A stretch of DNA of 64,000 nucleotides from the human T2T-CHM13v2.0 reference genome, Homo sapiens (GCF_009914755.1 NC_060935.1), one strand, 5' to 3'. Numbered from the stretch's first letter, positions 40,286 to 54,800 are shown. Numbers and translations: made by a program. Notes: generated by a model not told the origin, from the sequence alone.

Positions 40286-43200
40286 GTTTCTTTTGTTTGT
40301 TTTTTTTTTTAATAAAAATTATATTGAATTTTTGTGGGTATAGGAGGTGTATATATTTATGGGGTACATGAGATGTTTTGATACAGACACGCAATGTGTG
40401 ATAATCACATCTGGGTAAGTGGGGATATCCATCCCCTCAATAATTTAGCCTTTTTTTTTTTTTTTTTTACAAACAATCAAATTATATTCTTTTCGTTATT
40501 TTAAAATGCCCAATTAGATTATTATTGACTATAGTCACACTTTGTGCGATCAAATGCTAAGTCTTATTCATTCATTGTAACTACTTTTGGTACCCATTAA
40601 CCATTCCTACTTCCCTGCCCCCACACCTCACTCCCCAGTACCCTCCCCAGCCACTGGTAACCATCCTTCTACTCTCTCTGTCTGTGAGATTCATTGTTTT
40701 GATTTTCAGCTCCCATAAATCAGTGAGAATATGCGGTTTGTCTTTCTGTGCCTGGCTTACTTAACTTACCATAGTGACCATCAGTTCCACCCATGTTGTT
40801 GCAAATGACAGGATCTCATTCTTTTTATGGCCGGATAGTACTCCATTGTGCATATGTACCATATTTGCTTTATCCACTCCTCTGTTGATGAACACAGGTT
40901 GCTTCCAAAGCTTGGCTATTGTGAACAGTACTGCAACAAACATAGGAGTGCAGATATCTCTTTGACATACTGATTTTCTTCTTTTGGGTATATCCAGGGG
41001 TAGGATTTTGAGATCATATGGAGCTCTATTTTTAGTTTTCAAAGGAACCTCCAACGTGTTTTCCATAGTGATTGTACTAATTTACATTCCCACCAACAGT
41101 GTACAAGAGTTCCCTTTTCTTCTATCCACCAGCACTTGTTAATGCCTGTCTTTTGGATAAAAGCCATTTTAACTGGAGTGAGATAATACCCCATTGTAGT
41201 ACTGATTTGCGTTTCTCTGATGATCAATGATGTTGAGCACCTTTTCATATGCCTGTTTGCATGTCTTCTTTTGAGAAATGTCTATTCAGATCTTTTGCCC
41301 ATTTTAAAATCAGATTATTAGAATTTTTTCCCATAGAGTTGTTTGAGCTCCTTATATATTCTGGTTATTATTTTCTTGTCAGATAGGTAGTTTGCAAATA
41401 TGTTCTCCCGTTCTGTGGGTTGTCTCTTTATTTTGCTGATTATTTCCTTTGCTGTGCAGAAGGTTTTTAACTTGAAGTGATCCCATTTGTCCATTTTTGC
41501 TTTGGTTGCCTGTAGTTGTCGGGTATCACTCAAGAAATTTTTGCCCGGGCTAATGTCCTGGAAAATTTCTCCAGTGTTTTCATGTAATAGTTTCATAGTT
41601 TGAGGTCTTAGATTGAAGTCTTTAATCCATTTTGATTGAATTTTTGTATATGGCAAGAGATAGATGTCTGCTTTCATTTTTCTGCATAAGGATATACAGT
41701 TTTCTCAGCACAATTTATTGAAGAGACTGTATTTTCCTCAATGTATGCTCTTTGCACCTTTGTCAACAACAAGTTCACTGTAGGTGTATGGATTTGTTTC
41801 TAGGTTCTCTATTCAGTTCCATTGGCCTATGCGTCTGTTTTTATGCCAGTATCATGCTGTTTGGGTTACTATAGCTCTGAGGTATAATTTGAAGTCAGGA
41901 ATGTCCTTCCTCTGGTATTGGTCTTTTTGCTCAGAATAGCTTTGGCTATTCTGGGTCTTTTATGGTTTTATATAAATTTTAGGATTTCTTTTATTTCTTT
42001 GAAGAATGTCATTGTTATTTTGATAGGAATTGCAATGTATCTATATTTATAGATACATTGTTTATATGTATAGATACATTTTCTTTGGGTAGTATGGCCA
42101 TTTTAATGATATTGATTCTTCCAATCCATTATCATGGAATATCTTTCCTTTTTTGGCGTCCTCTTCAATTTCTTTCATCAGTGTTTTTTAGTTTTCATTG
42201 CAGAGATCTTTCACTTCACTGGCTAAGTTAATTCCTAGGTATTTAACTTTTTGTGGCTATTGTAAATGGGATTACTTTTTAAATTTCCTTTTCAGATTGC
42301 TCAGAGTTGGCATATAGAAATGCTACTGATTTTTGTTTGTATGTTGATTTTTTGTCCTGCAACTTTACTAAATTTGTTTATCAATTCTAATATGGTTTGG
42401 GTAGAGTCTTTAGGTTTTTCCAAATATAAGATCATATCATCTGTTAACAAGGATAACTTGACTTCTTCCTTTCCAATTTTGTGCCTTTTTTTTTCTTGTC
42501 CAATTGCCCTATCTAGGACTTCCAGTACTATGTTGAATAACAATGGTGAAAGTGGGCATCCTTGTTGTGTTCCAGGTCACAGAGGAAAGGCTTTCATTTT
42601 TTTCCCATTCAGTATGATAGTAACTGTTGGTCTGTCATATAAATGGCTTTTATTATATTGAGGTATATTCCCTCTATATCCAGTTTTTTGAGTTTTTTTA
42701 TCATAAAAGGATATTGCATTTTATCAAATACCTTTTCAGCATCAATTGAAATGCTCATATAGTTTTTATTCTTCATTCTGTTGATATGATGTATCATGTT
42801 GACTGATTTGCATATTTTGAGCCATTCTTGCATCTCAGAGGTAAATCCCACTTGTCTTGATAAACGATCTTTCTGATGTACTGTTGAATTCAGTTTGCTA
42901 GCATTTTGTTGAGGATTTTTGGATGAGTATTCATCAGAGATATTGGCTTGTAGTTTTCTCTTTATAATATGTCTTTGTCTGGTTTTGGTATGAGGGTAAT
43001 ACTGGCCTTGTAGAATGAGTTTGGAAGTAGCCCCTCTTCTATTTTTTGAAATAGTTTGAGAAGGACTGGCATTAGTTCTTTAAATGTCTGGTAGAATTCA
43101 GCAGTGAAGCCATCAGGTCTTCAGTTTTTCTTTTCTGGGAAACTTTTTATTATGGCCTCAATCTTGTTACTTGTTATTGGTCTGTTCAGATTTTGAGTTT

Positions 43201-46200
43201 CTTCCTGATTCAATCTTGGTCAGTTGTATGTATCTAGGAATTTGTCAATTTCTTCTAGATTTTCCAATTTATTGGCATGTAGTTACTCATAGCAGCCACT
43301 AATAGCCCTTTGGATTTCTGCAGTATCAGTTGGAATTTCTCCTTTTTCATTTCTGATTTTATTTATCTGGATCTTCTCTCTCTTTTTTTAAGTTACTATG
43401 GCAAAAGGTTTGTCAATTTTCTTTAGCTTTTCAAAAAATCAGCTTTTTGTTTCATTGTTCTTTTATATATTTTTAATTTCAATTTCATTTATTTCTGCTT
43501 TGTTCTTTATTATGTTTTTTCTTCTACTAAATCTGGGTTTGCTTTCCTCTTTCTTTTCTAGTTCTTTAAGATGAATTGTTAGGTTATTTATTTGAAGTTT
43601 TTCTTTTTTTTTGATGTAGGCACTTATAGCTATAATTTCGTCTCTCACTACTGCTTTTGCTGTATCCCGTAGGTTTTGGTATGTTATGTTTCTATTATCA
43701 TTTGTTTCAAGAAATTTTTCAATTACCTTCTTAATTTTTTCATTGACCCAGTGGTTGTTCTGGAGCATATTGTTTAATTTCTGTGTGTTTGTATAGCTTC
43801 CAAAATTCCTCTTGTTATTGATTTCTAATTTTGTTCTATTGCAGTTAGAGAAGATGCTTGATATTATTTCAATTTTTTGAATGTTTTAAGACTTGTTTTG
43901 TTACCTAACATAACGTCTGTCCTTTAGAATGATCCATGTGCTGAGAAGAAGAATGTGCATTCTGCGGCTGTTGGGTGAAATATTCTGTAAATATCTATTG
44001 GGTCAATTTGTTCTATAGTGGAGATTAAGTCTGATGTTTCTTTGTTGATTTTCTGTTTGGAAGACCTGTTCAATGCTAAAAGAGAAATGTTGAAGTCTCC
44101 AGCTATTATTGTATTGAAGCCTATCCCTTTCTTTAGCTGGAATAATATTTGCATTATCTATCTAGGTGCTCTGGCTTTGGGAGCATATATATTTATACTT
44201 GTTGTATCTTCTTGCTAAACTGAACACTGTATCATTATGAAATGCCCTTTCCTGTTTCTTCTTACAGTTTTTGTCTTAAAATCTATTCTGCCTGATATAA
44301 TTATAGCTACTCCTGGTACTTTTTATTTTCCATTGGCATGGAGTATCTTTTTCCATCTTTTTATCAGTCTACATGTATCTTTATAGGTGAAGTGTGTTTC
44401 TTGTGGGCAACAGATCATTGGGTATTTTTTGTTTTTTAATCCATTCAAGCACTCTGTGTCTTGATTGGAGAGTTTATTTCATTTGCAATCAGTGCTAGTA
44501 TTCATAAGTAAGGACTTACTCTCTCCAGTTTGTTATTTATTTTCTGATTGTTTTGTGGTCTTCTCTTCCTTCTTTCCTTTCTTCCTGTCTTCCTTTTAAT
44601 GAAGGTGATTTTTTTCTGGCAGTATGATTTTATTTTTTGTGTATTCACTGTATGTTTCTCGATTTGAGGTTATCATGAGGCTTGCAAATACTAACTTACA
44701 ACCATTATTTTGAACTGATGACAGCTTAACACTGGTTGCAAAAACAAACCAGCTAAAAGAAAATTAATAAAAACTTTACAATTTAACTCAGTTAGTCCAC
44801 TTTTCAACTTCTTGTTTTTTGTCTCTTCATGTCTTATTGTATTCTCTATGTCTTGAAAAGTTGTTGTAGTTATTATTTTTGATTGGTTTATCAACTTAGT
44901 CTTTCTACTTAAGATTAGAGTAGTTTATACACCACAAATACAAATTTATAATGTTCTGTGTTTTTCTGTGGGCTTACTATTACCAGTGAGTTTTGTACCT
45001 TCAAGATGATTTCTTATTGCCCATTTACATATTTTTTCTGACTGAACAACTTCCTTTAGCATTTTTGGTAAGAGAGGCCTGATGTTGATAAAATTTCTCA
45101 GCTTTTTTTTTTTGTCTAAAAAAGTCTTTATTTATTCTTCATGCTTGAAGGATATTTTTGCCAGATATACTATTCTAGGGTGAAAGCTTTTTCCCTTCAG
45201 CACTTAAAATTTGTCATGCTACTCTCTCTTGGCCTATGAAGTTTGTACTGAAAAGTCTGCTGCCAAACTTATTGGAACACTTGTATGTTATTTGTTTCTT
45301 TTCTTTTGCAGCTTTTCTAATCTTTTCATTATCCTTTGCCTTTGGGAGTTTGGTTTTTAAATGACTTGAGGTAGTCTTCTTTGGACTCAATCTTCTTGGT
45401 GTTATATAATCTTTTTGTATTTGAATATTGATATCTTTCTCTAGGTTTTAGAAGTCCTTTTATATTATCCCTTTGAATAAACTTTCTACCCCTATGTCTT
45501 TCTCTGTCTCCTCTTTAAAGCCAATAACTCGGATTTGCCCTTTTGAGGCTATTGTCCAAATCTTGTATGTTGGCTTCATCCTTTTTTATTCTTTTTTTTT
45601 CTTTTGTCCCTTCTGTGTATTTTCAAATAGCATGTCTTCAAGCTCACTAATTCTATCTTCTGCCTGATTAATTCTCCTGTTAAGAGAGTCTGATACATTC
45701 TTCAGTATTTTAGTTGCATATTTTCATTCTAGAATTTTTCTTTGATTCTTTTTATTTCAATCTCTTTGTTAAATTTATCTGATAAAATTCTGAGTTCCTT
45801 CTATGTGCTATCTTAAATTGCTTTGAGTTTCTTTTCTCAAAGCAGCTAATTTGAATTCTCTCTCTGAAAGGTGACATATCTCTGTGTTTCCAGGTTTGGC
45901 CCTTGGTATTATTCAGTTCATTTGGTGAGGTCATGTTTTCCTGGATAATTTTGATGCTTGTGGAGGTTTGTTTGTGTCTGGACTTTGAAGAGTAAGGTAT
46001 TTATTATAATCTTCACAGTCTGGGCTTATTTATACCTGTTTTTCTGGGGAAGGCTTTCCACGTATTCAAAGGGACTTGAGACCCAAGCCCAATAGTACTG
46101 TAGTTCTTGTAGACTCATAGAATTACCACCCTGATGGTCTTGGATAATATCCAATCCAGAAAAATGCTCTGGATTACCAGGCAGAGAATCTTGTTCTCTT

Positions 46201-46962
46201 TCCTTATTTTTTCCTAAAAAAGGGAGTCTTTCTCTCTGCTGTGCTGCCTGGAGCTAGAGGTGGAGTGATGCAAGTACCACTGTGACCACCAGCACTGAGA
46301 TTGTACTGGGTCAGGCCTGAAGCCAGCACAGCAGTGGATCTCACTCAAAACCCACATAACCACTACCTGGCTACCACCTATGTTTACTATAGGTCCTAGG
46401 GCTCCTCCCTTCAGGGCAGCAAGTTCCTTCAGTCCCCAAGTTGGTCCACAGTTGCTATCTGGGAGCTAGGGACTGGAGTCAAAAACCTTGGAAATCTACC
46501 TAGTGTTCTATTCTACTTCAGCTAAGTTGGCCTCAAACCACAAGAAAAAGTTTTCTCTGATCTTCCCTCCCCTTTCCATATGCAGAGAAACCTATCCTGG
46601 TGGCCACCACCACTGGCCCATGGGGAGTTCTGGCAGACCACCACCAATGTTCACATAAAGCTCAAGGGCTCTTCAGTCAGCTTGTGGTGAATGGTGGTGG
46701 GCCTGAGACTCACCCTTCAGGGCAGTGGGCTCTCCTTTGGCCCAGGGCATGTCCAGAAATGCTATCCAAGAGTCTACTTAGATGTGGGGACCCAAAACGC
46801 CTGCTTGGTGCTCTACCCCAGTGTGGCCAAACTAGTATCTGATTTTTGATTCTTATTATGGTACTTTTTTGTATGTAGTTAGTTGTTAAAATTTGGTTTC
46901 TGGGGGGTGGGTAGGGATGATTGGTGGCAGCTACTATTCACCCGTCTTGCTCTGTCCCTCTA
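40286..46962 (-). mobile_element. Apparently full-length L1MA1/2-type LINE-1 (about 6.7 kb), decayed ORFs
   Basis: L1MA-type 3' UTR (GGGGTACATGAGATGTTTTGATACAG). ORF2 fragments include EN IIAGDFN (43924..44154), [15 protein letters not shown] (42301..42543) and C-terminal pieces. The 5' end reads GAGGGACAGAGCAAGACGGGTGAATAG. TSD CTAAAGGTTAGTT (40273-40285 / 46963-46975). Confidence 0.9.
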
Positions 46963-46975
46963 CTAAAGGTTAGTT

Positions 46976-49900
46976 TTAAGCAGGAGTGGCATGGAGAGGG
47001 CACAGAGATTTAAAAATGTTCTATATTGAAAATTATACAGTTAGCTACAGAATGGATAATGACTTTGGAAAAATTCTGAAGTAAATGAGAGGACCAGTTA
47101 GAAGTCTATCTCATTAATTCAAGTGAGAGGTGGTGGCTCCTTAGACAGGGCAGTGAACAAAAATTCAGGGGGAAAAAAAGACGTGAATGAATCCCCCCAA
47201 AATTTTTTAGTGCAAAATGAAAAGAATGTTTGAAAGACTGGCTATGGGAAGTGAAGGCAAGAATGACTAACATTAGAAGAAGACCAGGTTTTTTGTTGTT
47301 TTGTTTTTGATTGTATTTGTTTGTATTTGTTTTATTTTTGTTACATGGGGAATATGAAGTGAGAGCAGTGTGAGTTTGGCTTTAGATACTTTTAGGTGTT
47401 CGTTCTTATTATATTTATTAAGTCAGCTCAAGTACCAGACATTTGTCTAGGCTCTTGAGATATATCAACGAAAACAACAGACAAACCATCACTGTCCTCT
47501 TGGAGCTTACACTCTTGTGATAGGAGGTGGACAACAAAAATTAAGTACCATAAATAAGTAAATCATATAGTGTCCTGTAAAGTGGTTGCAATGGAAATAG
47601 AAATATAGAAGGATAAGAAGGATTGAAGCCATCAAAGTGAGGAGGATACAATGTTAAATAGTGTAGTTATAGTAGTCTTCATGGAGAAAGTCATGTTTAA
47701 GCAAAGATTTGAAGAAAGTAAATTAGCTAGTGATGTGAACATCTGAGGGTGGAGTATTCAGACAGAGGGAAAACCCAGTACAAAGACCCTGGAGCAAAAG
47801 CTTGATTGACATGTTTATGTCCAGGCAACAGCAAGAAGGCTGTGGGAATTGAATGGAGTGAGTGAGGGAGAGAATAGTAGGAATCGTGTCTGAAATTAAT
47901 GAGTGGGTGTCCATATTGTATAGGACCTTGCGGGCCCTTGTAAAGTGCCTTGTGGGCTCTTATTTTAATTATATGAACTTTGGTTGAGTTTGTGGTGTCT
48001 TTTACTTGTTCCAGTGGAAATGTCACTTGTCAGTCTGAAACTTAGGGGAGAAGTCATGGATGGATATGGATGATTTTTGATTCATCTCTAGGTAGAAATT
48101 AAAGCCATGGATATGGAAGATATTATCTAGAACAGGGTCCGGCAAATGTCCTGGGACAAATTGGGCATGCTGATTGATTTTGTGAATACAGTTTCATTGG
48201 AACACAGCCATGCCTATCAATGTACATATTGTCTGGGGCAGCTTTCATTCTACAACAGTAGATTTGAGTGGTTGCAACAGAGACTGTATGTCCCACAAAG
48301 CCTAAAATATTCACAATTTGGCTCTTTACAAAAAAACCTGGCTAACCCCTTGTGTGGAGACACAAGAACCGTTCAGAGGAAAAGCCAGCCTCTGACTGAG
48401 TCTTCGGTAATTCTAACATTTACTGTACCAGAAAAGTAAGCTGAACGTGCCAAGGAAAAAGAAATCAAACAGCTAGAGGAGTAGGTGAAAAAACAGCACA
48501 GATTTCACAGAAGTTAAAGATGAAGGAGTTTCTGTTTTTAAACTGTGATCAATTAAGAGCAGGACTGAGCACTCTTCTTTGGATTTAACAACTTGAAGAT
48601 CATTGGTTTTCTTAGTGCAAGCTGTTTCAGTGGAGGGTTGAGGGTTAGAATTATAGTCAAATGGAAGTGGCTTGAGGATTGGATGAGACATGAAGAAACT
48701 ATATATAAGGATTTTAAACATCTTTTTGATATGTTTTTCAAGAGGAGGATAAAGGCAACACTGTAGCTGGAGATAAGTGTTGGAGACAAGAGAGGGTTTT
48801 ATTGTATTTCGTTTCTAATTTGTTGTTTACACTGGAGTAAATTCAACTTAATTAAAAGTTAGTGGAAGAATTCGAGGAGGAGAGGTTAACTGTTGCAGAA
48901 AGAAGGGCTAAAAATAGGGTTAATTTTTTCAGATGGTCAGAAGGGATGGAATTGAAGCATATGTTGCAGGAACTTGGACAAGCCTCATCCTGCAGCGGAA
49001 GAGGAAGAAAGGAAGGATTTTAGAGGATGGAAAATTATTATGTCTGAGAATGGGAAGACGAAAATGTTCCTTTCTGTTAGCTTCTATTTTCTCTTTGCAA
49101 CAGAGGTAGAAACTTGGAGAGTGAGAGCAAGAGTTGAATAGAGGAGCAGAAGTCTTGATAGTCAATGTTGAGAACTCATCTTGGCTTGAACATGGGGTTG
49201 TAATGTTGGGTGTTTTCTTTTTTCTTTTTTTTCTATTTGTGCTCAGCAACTCTGTTGCAGGAATGGAGAACACATTTGCTTGGGGTCTTTCAGTGTTAGG
49301 GGTTTGAAAGAGACAAGAGGCAAAACATTGAAGAAAAAATGAGTTTAGGTTTTATAGTCAGTGTTACTTGAATGACATATTCTGGATTCCTAAGATAAAA
49401 AGTGAAGAGTGGAGTGTAGATGACTGTAAGGTTGAAATGGGAGTAATTTAATAAGCAAAATGGAAGAAACAAGTTTTGATTAGAGAAGTGGATGCTTGAC
49501 TTAGGGATTGATTTTGCAATGTGGAGAAGTCTACCATATAACCAAGTTCAAGGAATAAACTTGAGTGGATTAGAGAGGATCATTTGTAGGTGAAGAGGCT
49601 AAAGAAGTGAACTAAAGTGTTCAATAAATCATTCTTGGGGAATTGGAGGTAATGGGAGTTGATGCTAGAATTCTGGCAGAGCCTGGGTTGACTATAAAGA
49701 GAATGGGATAGAATATTTAATGACTGAAAGTGTATGGGACAGACTACTTGATTACTGAAGAGAAATAAATTGGAGGTCAATAGGTAATATTTAGAGAACA
49801 GTGCACTCTAAGTGTAGAAACTTCAAAGGAGGCAGTTTAGTTTTAATAGGGGGAGCAAAAAGATGCCACTGGGATTCAGAAGGACAGTATCTGTACTTCT
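46976..49900 (-). mobile_element. L2 relic(s), continuation of an L2 at about 39820-40270 split by the L1MA
   Basis: Purine-rich antisense L2 motifs (GATTTAACAACTTGAAGATCATTGG, GTTTCAGTGGAG). A second L2 3' end lies at about 47410-47960. Confidence 0.55.
48133..48352 (+). mobile_element. MER58A (hAT-Charlie)
   Basis: CAGGGTCCGGCAAA...ATTGGAACACAGCCATGCC...GCAACAGAGACTGTATG.CCCACAAAGCCTAAAATATT...AACCCCTTG. Confidence 0.85.
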
Positions 49901-52805
49901 TTATCTAGAGTTAAAATAGATGTGAGAAAATAATCATGTATCATTTACAAAGGCATCAAGGGAGATGAAGTGCCAACCAAGACAAGAAGGTAGTTAGTAT
50001 ATGGCACATACACACACACACAGCAGTATGAACAGTTTCAGAGGGTACAGCAGAATGGTTTGTAAATGGGAGCCTGAGAGAAGAGTAAGGGATTACACAG
50101 GATTATGTGATGCTGACACAATAGAGCAGATTTTGATTCAGGGGTCACTTTGAAATAGGTAGGCAATCAGTCTACATCTAATAAGTCACCTATCCTATGT
50201 CAAAACAACGTCAAAATCCAGACATTATTAAAAATACACTCAACATCTATCGTTATTTCTATTCTTGATTATACCTCTACTGTCTTAATTTAGATCACCA
50301 TATCTCTCATTTGCATATCTTGCCATATTCTCCTAACCAGCCTCCAGGTCTCCACTCTTGATCCCTTTTAACTCGTGCTCTAAAACACTTCTTGAATAAA
50401 CTTTACATAAGTCAGTTTGATCATACAATTGCTCTTAAAATGCCTGTTACAGCCTTCCCAACACAAGGTTCTGCTTAATAGGGTGCCATTTGTTCCCAAA
50501 TCTCTTCTTTCCTTCCATCAGGAATGTTATGCTTTATCAATATAGGACCCATGTATTCCAGAATTTACCATGCTACTTTTTAATCCCTGAGTGTTTGCTC
50601 AGGCATATTCTCTGTCTGGAACTTCCCCTTTCTCTCTCCTGTGAGACATTTTCTCTCCTACAGTCAAGCATCTAGCTCAAACCTTTCCTTGTTTTTAGTT
50701 TTCCAGGAAGAATTCATCAATCCCTCCTTTGTAGCTTGTGTATATGTCTATTCAAATTGCTTTGACAAATGTTTGTTGAATTTATTTTTTTTCTTTACGG
50801 TTTTTCCTACTAGACAATAAACTCCTTGAATAACAGAGGACCTGGAATGTTGTCTGTAACACAGAAGATTCTTAATAAAGGCCTGCCAACTTGAAGTGGA
50901 CTTAACACACCTGCTCTTGCCATAAGCACATTGTTTTCAAGTAAGTTTTCTCTCTTTTGCCTCCACTCTTGAAATACAAATTGACCTCTCAGAATTTTTC
51001 CTCTAATGCCCTTGTAGGAAAATGTTAATAACTGGTCAGTGACAAGTGTGATTAAGCCTTCCCTTTTCTCTTATTTAGACTGGTGTCACTGCACTGGCTC
51101 TGAGAGAGCTGTAAAGAACATTAACACTGCATCCACCTTGACAGAACAAACCATTCCCTAGAAATTGATAAGGGTTTTTTTTCTGGAAATGAATTTGGTG
51201 GTGGCAAAACAAACGGCTGCCTCAATTGCCATCCATCTCCCTTCCTTTAATAACTTTCATTTATTTTACTATGTCCCTTTCTCCGATTACTGTAATGAAT
51301 GCATTTATCTTTGAAGGATGGGGATTAGCAGAATTTTCGAACACTGAGGAGAACAATGTCCCTTATCCAAGCCCTTTTCCATACTTTAAAGTGGTATTGT
51401 TTGGGGATCTTGGTTAACCTCTTAGAATTCTGGTTCCTATTTGTCTAAAAGGAATCTATGGTCCTGAAAAATAATTTAAAGGCAAATTTTAATTCCTTGG
51501 CTGGGATCAAATATTCATACTTGTAGTATTAAAGACATTTTCAAGATGGTTTCATGTGAATGTTGTTGGATGATATGATTAAAGAATAAAAGAATCTCTC
51601 CCTTCTGGTCCTTGGGGAAAATAAAATTCAACCAATTGGTATCTTAAAACCATGAGTTTAATAAATCTGGCAAATGTATATCAGACAAGCATTTGTAAAC
51701 ACAAATTGCTTATTAGAAAATGCGGCTCTCTTGTTCCTTTGAATTTCATTTGTCAACAAGGAGTTAAGAAAAGGAATAAACCAACACATATTGTTGCAGT
51801 GAAAGGTTTACCCATTTTAACCTTGATTTAAAAATTTTCCATTTTTTTAAACAAAAATTGATGCTTAGTAGGCCTCAAGCATCCTTTTTGTTTCTCTAGA
51901 AAATGAGAAAATTTAGGCCTCAGCAGAAAAATAAAAGATTACAAAATATTGTTCATCTTTTTAAACGCTCTGACTTAGTTAGATTCTTTCAGGCAAATAA
52001 TTTGAAAAATAATTGAATCAGGAAAAGAAAAATACACCAAAAAACAAGAGTAAAGCAAATAACCAAAACAATAACAACCACAGTCTTATCATTTCCCCAA
52101 CTTAACCCAACTGAAAGTCTTCCATAAAACTTCTCAATGGAATGATTTTTTAAAGAATTTTAATGTTTAATTAAAAAATGTAATTATACAAGTAGTCTGG
52201 GGTCACCTACAATCTCTGATGACCACCCCCTTAAATGAAAATAATTTTTCATGCCTTATACTATTTTACACCTAGAAAATAGGAATAACCAAATAATTCA
52301 GTTTTCCAAGACATTCTCCAGTATCCTTGTGACATACTTTTGACAGACACTTAGTAAGAACTCACAGCCCCATCCTGAAAATAAGAAAACTTGTAAGTGA
52401 AGGGGTTTTAGTACCAGGTCACTAATTTCAACTAGGAACAGAGGTCGGGAACATGAATATGTGGGTGAATTGTTTCATGTGACTCATAACACTATTTATT
52501 TAATAGGTTATTCTGCATTCATATGCCAGCTGCTAAATAGAATGCAATGATGCCTTATTAATCCAGAATGATCAGAGACAAAGTGTCATACAAAAATATT
52601 CAGACGATAATTATACCTCACACTCATACAGAGCTTTTCCATATGCACGAGGCTCACATTCATTATTTTACTTCATCCTCACAACTTCTGTCATTGCACA
52701 GTTGTGAGCAAACTGAGATTAAGAAACTTGCCCATGTTTACAAAATCCCTTGTCATCAGGGGTGAGGTTTGAGCCTTGGTAATTTAACTTACAGTCAAAT
52801 GTTCA

Positions 52806-52836
<31 letters not shown>

Positions 52837-53387
52837 CTTCAAGGAGCTGTCAAACATAAAAATTATCTGCACAAGTGCCAGAATAAGTTTTAATCTAAAG
52901 TTGTTTTTCAAAATCCTTTAAACATTTATTATTCCTTTCCTGGTATTAACAGAAAAAGGGCACTGAATAAAATTTAAACTCTTTTTGTGACTCAGGATGG
53001 GCATAAGTAATTTCTATGATTTGTTTTGCTGAGGTAAATAGAGGTCTACATCTATTTTTTAGTGTTTCTTTCCTATTTCTCAATAGCAGTTTGTCAAATA
53101 TCACCTCTCCTGATACGTGTGCTACCTTCAAAGAGCTTTTCCTTTTCTTTCCCATTTCATCTTCTAATGTTATACTTCTCATATACTGTAGGCAGAGAGG
53201 TTAGGTCATTAATCTTATTAAATGTGTTGGCCATAGTAATAGGTAAGGCAAATCAGTGAGAGACTAAAACTGTCAAACTTTAGTGTACATAAACACTACT
53301 TGGGGAGTGTGTAAAATACAAATTCATGGAACCTACTCACAGAGATTCTGGTTTGATAGATCAGGATGGAGCGCAGAAATCTGCATT

Positions 53388-54435
53388 AATAATTTTAATT
53401 CTTTATTTTAGATACAGGAGGTACATGCGTAGGATGGTTACACGGGTATGTTGGACCGAGGTAATGAGCATAGTACCCAATTACACGGGTATGTTGGACC
53501 GAGGTAACGAGCATAGTACCCAACAGGTAGTTTTTGAATCCGTCTTCCCCCGCTTCCTTAGCGGTCCCCAGTGTCTATTGTTCCCATGTTTATGACCATG
53601 TGTGCTCAATGTTTAGCTCCCACTTATAAATGAGAACATGTGATATTTTGTTTTCTGTCCCTGCATTAATTCGCTTAGGATAATTGCCTCCAGCTGCATC
53701 CATGTTGCTGCAAAAGACATTATTTCATTCTGTTTTATGGCTGCATGCAGTAATCCATGGTGTATATAGACCACTTTTTTTTTTTTTATCCAATCCACCA
53801 TTGATGCACACCCAGGTTGATTCCATGTCTTTGCTATTGTGGTAGTGCAGCGATTAACATAAGCATGCATTGTCTTTCTGATATAATGATTTCTTTTCCT
53901 TTGGGTATATAGCCAGTGATAGGATTGCTGGGTTCAATAGTAGCTCTGTTTTAAGTTCTTTGAGAAATCTTCAAACTGCTTTCCACGGTGGTTGAACTAA
54001 TTTGCACTCCCACCAACAGTGTATCAGCCTTCCTTTTTCTCTGCAGCCTCACCATCATCTATTGTTTTTAGACTTTTTAATAATTGTCATTCTGACTGGT
54101 GCGAGATGGTATCTTATTGTGGTGTTAATTTTCATTTCTCTGATGATTAGTGATGATGAGCATTTTTTCATGTTCGTTCATTGTGCATATGCCTTCTTTT
54201 GAGAAGTGTCTGTGTCCTTTGCCCGCTTTTTAATGGGTGATTTGTTTTTTGCTTGTTGAATTGTGTAGGTTCCTTATATATTCTGCATAGTAGAACTTTG
54301 TCAGATGCATAGTTTGTGAATATTTTCTTCCATTCTGTAGGTTGTCTGTTTACTCTGTTGATAGTTTCTTTTGCTGTGCAGAAGTTCTTTAGTTTAATTA
54401 GGTCCCACTTGTCAATTTTTGTTTTTGTTGTAATT
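53388..54435 (-). mobile_element. 5'-truncated old L1PA (about L1PA13-16) 3' end, splitting a MER5-like element
   Basis: TTTAGCTCCCACTTATAAATGAGAACATG...CCAGCTGCATCCATGTTGCTGCAAAAGAC. MER5-like halves at about 53268-53387 and 54436-54503. Confidence 0.88.
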
Positions 54436-54619
54436 GCATGTTAACCAACCTCCCAAGTATTTCTGAAGGAAGTGTTCTCCTGTCCAGAGTTTAATGAACA
54501 CTAATTTAGAAGCAAAATTTATATGGTTCATGAGTGAAATAAATTACATCAATTTCCTTATCTTTTAAAATGTTTACTTCAGATTCTAGGAGAGACAACA
54601 TGACCCACACGGAGTACAT

Positions 54620-54800
54620 AGAATTTGGAGTCAATAACATCTGGATTGAAATTCAGCTCTGTTCCTTTCAAGTTGAGTGACCTGGGCAAAGTTTCTTAAC
54701 TCCTCTAATCCTCCATTGCATCACCTGAAAAGTAATTCCTCATCTTCTCATGTCATGAGGTTGTTGTATCTGATCAAATGAGATAGTGCCTGTAAACATA
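54620..54800 (+). mobile_element. MIR SINE
   Basis: TTTGGAGTCA...GTGACCTGGGCAAAGTTTCTTAACTCCTCT... Confidence 0.65.

Noticed and set aside
40761-44154. RT and endonuclease ORF fragments as an active or novel retroelement
   Set aside because: Frameshifted, stop-riddled L1 ORF2 remnants of a well-known family.
52946-53182. 78-aa minus-strand ORF with a protein-like look
   Set aside because: No recognisable homology or convincing splice sites; length within random expectation.
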